Assembly (NCBI GenBank): GCA_030828405.1
Contig: JAURCP010000005.1
Location: 18,945 to 82,944, forward strand
DNA length: 64,000 nucleotides
DNA from: Thermoplasmatota archaeon
GTDB lineage: Archaea > Thermoplasmatota > Poseidoniia > Poseidoniales > Thalassarchaeaceae
Direction: 5' to 3'
Position numbers and translations under genes: made by a program. Shown here piece after piece: positions 63,008-64,000 of the stretch. The notes under the pieces were generated by a model. It searched no databases. It was not told where the DNA came from and saw nothing but the letters and a program-made list of their open reading frames with translations. Position 1 is the stretch's first letter. Every line of letters begins with the position of its first letter.

Positions 63008-64000
63008 TTATCCGTGCAACCAAAGTAGTTCTATGAATTCATCATTAATAGATTCGATTTTAGCATATCCTACCCTCTCTAATTGAACTATATTATTTTT
63101 CACGATTTGAATGTCCTCAATCACACCTTCTTGGATAATTAATTCATTACCATTTGGGATAGTCAAAACTGCTTTTTTACAAATTGATTTCGGAACCCAA
63201 TGTACAATTGGTCTCTTATCGACACGATCTATCGATTGAATAATTCCAACAGATTTTTCTATTTTAATATCTGCAAAATCTTTCAAACGAATATGTGTTT
63301 TCTCTAAATCTTCACTTTCTACATAAATTTCTAAATCTTCCAAATCCCATTCTCTGTGACCCTCAATTTCATTTAGCGGATGCTTATTTAGAATCAATTT
63401 TTTTTGTATTTCAAAATTATTACTATCTAATTTTATTTTTTTAGGATTTCTGACAAAAATCCTTCTTTCACATTTCGAATCAATTTTACTAGAGTTAAAT
63501 GACTCAATTGTTTGTAGAGATACAGAAATATCTTTTTGCGTCAATCCTAAATCTATCCAATAACTTCTCATTGCCTCGGAATCAAAACCTCTTCTCCTAA
63601 GGGCTCTGAGTGTTGGTAACCTCGGGTCATCCCATCCTGAATAATTCTTATTTTCTATTTCTTTTCTCATACCGGATGTAGAAAAACTTCCAAATTCATG
63701 AATCTTTACTCTACCCCAATACATAGTTTCAGGATAATTCCAACCAAAATGATTGTACAGCAAAGTTTGTTTCCTAGTAGAGTCCATCAAATCTTTACCT
63801 CGGATAATATGGGTGACTCCTTGTTCGTGATCTTCTATTGCACTTTGGAAGTCTAATAGAGGCCAAACCTTGTATTTATCACCAACCATTGGATGGTAAG
63901 AATGTTGTATTCTTAACGCTGGCCAGTCTCTAAGTGCTGGATTGGGGAGGTTCATGTCTGTTTTTACTCTTACAACAGCCATACCCTCGGTAAGTTCCCC
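63008..64000 (-). CDS. gltX: glutamate--tRNA ligase, archaeal/eukaryal type (5' end lies beyond the window)
   Basis: AVVRVKTDMNLPNPALRDWPALRI and THIIRGKDLMDSTRKQTLLYNHFGW are GluRS/GlnRS class I core blocks. The frame stays open to position 64000 (..GELTEGMAVV..), so the gene is truncated by the window edge. Confidence 0.9.
   Translation of the reverse strand, partial: GELTEGMAVVRVKTDMNLPNPALRDWPALRIQHSYHPMVGDKYKVWPLLDFQSAIEDHEQGVTHIIRGKDLMDSTRKQTLLYNHFGWNYPETMYWGRVKIHEFGSFSTSGMRKEIENKNYSGWDDPRLPTLRALRRRGFDSEAMRSYWIDLGLTQKDISVSLQTIESFNSSKIDSKCERRIFVRNPKKIKLDSNNFEIQKKLILNKHPLNEIEGHREWDLEDLEIYVESEDLEKTHIRLKDFADIKIEKSVGIIQSIDRVDKRPIVHWVPKSICKKAVLTIPNGNELIIQEGVIEDIQIVKNNIVQLERVGYAKIESINDEFIELLWLHG

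Noticed and set aside
1-64000. CRISPR arrays, rRNA genes, IS elements, prophage remnants
   Set aside because: I saw no regularly spaced direct repeats, rRNA-like segments or transposase/integrase motifs in any frame. The only repeats are the protein-coding TSP3/beta-sandwich repeats and the short promoter motifs reported above.

Overview
AT-rich, very gene-dense chromosomal segment that is clearly archaeal. Markers: RtcB and archease, CDP-archaeol synthase CarS, an AglB/STT3 oligosaccharyltransferase, archaeosine synthase ArcS carrying PC-x3-KPY-x2-S-x2-H, archaeal-type AlaRS and GluRS, ribosomal protein S15, and two tRNAs with encoded CCA. The giant thrombospondin-type-3 and beta-sandwich surface proteins, membrane-anchored subtilases and streamlined spacing suggest a planktonic marine Thermoplasmatota / Marine Group II-III-like archaeon; this is inference and needs a database search. 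I call 37 protein genes, one short candidate ORF and 2 tRNAs. I saw no rRNA, CRISPR array, transposase or integrase. Housekeeping genes (rtcB, alaS, aminotransferase, archease, carS, purD, dnaJ, arcS, rps15, gltX, AlkA-like glycosylase, UPF0201) are interleaved with many cell-surface genes. Nine genes totalling about 35.6 kb of the 64 kb encode signal-peptide or TM-anchored large to giant proteins of 2383, 1015, 588, 2696, 474, 1407, 1906, 707 and 671 aa. Two paralogous membrane-anchored S8 proteases add to this. The most unusual locus is 26.6-51.0 kb. It holds a 2696-aa AglB with an extra N-terminal multi-TM module and a roughly 1700-aa C-terminal beta-sandwich array. An 8-nt-overlapping leaderless 474-aa CARDB-like protein follows (possible split gene), then an S8 protease, a 1407-aa beta-helix surface protein preceded by a TTGATACA repeat array, a wHTH-STAND-TPR NTPase, an MBL hydrolase and a 1906-aa TSP3/propeller protein. 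Other notable points are a pyroglutamyl-peptidase/MutT-Nudix fusion, three membrane proteins ending in zinc ribbons, acidic Trp/Tyr-rich cytoplasmic tails on surface proteins, and many convergent gene pairs with abutting or overlapping stop codons. All family calls rest on motif recognition by eye; no searches were run.
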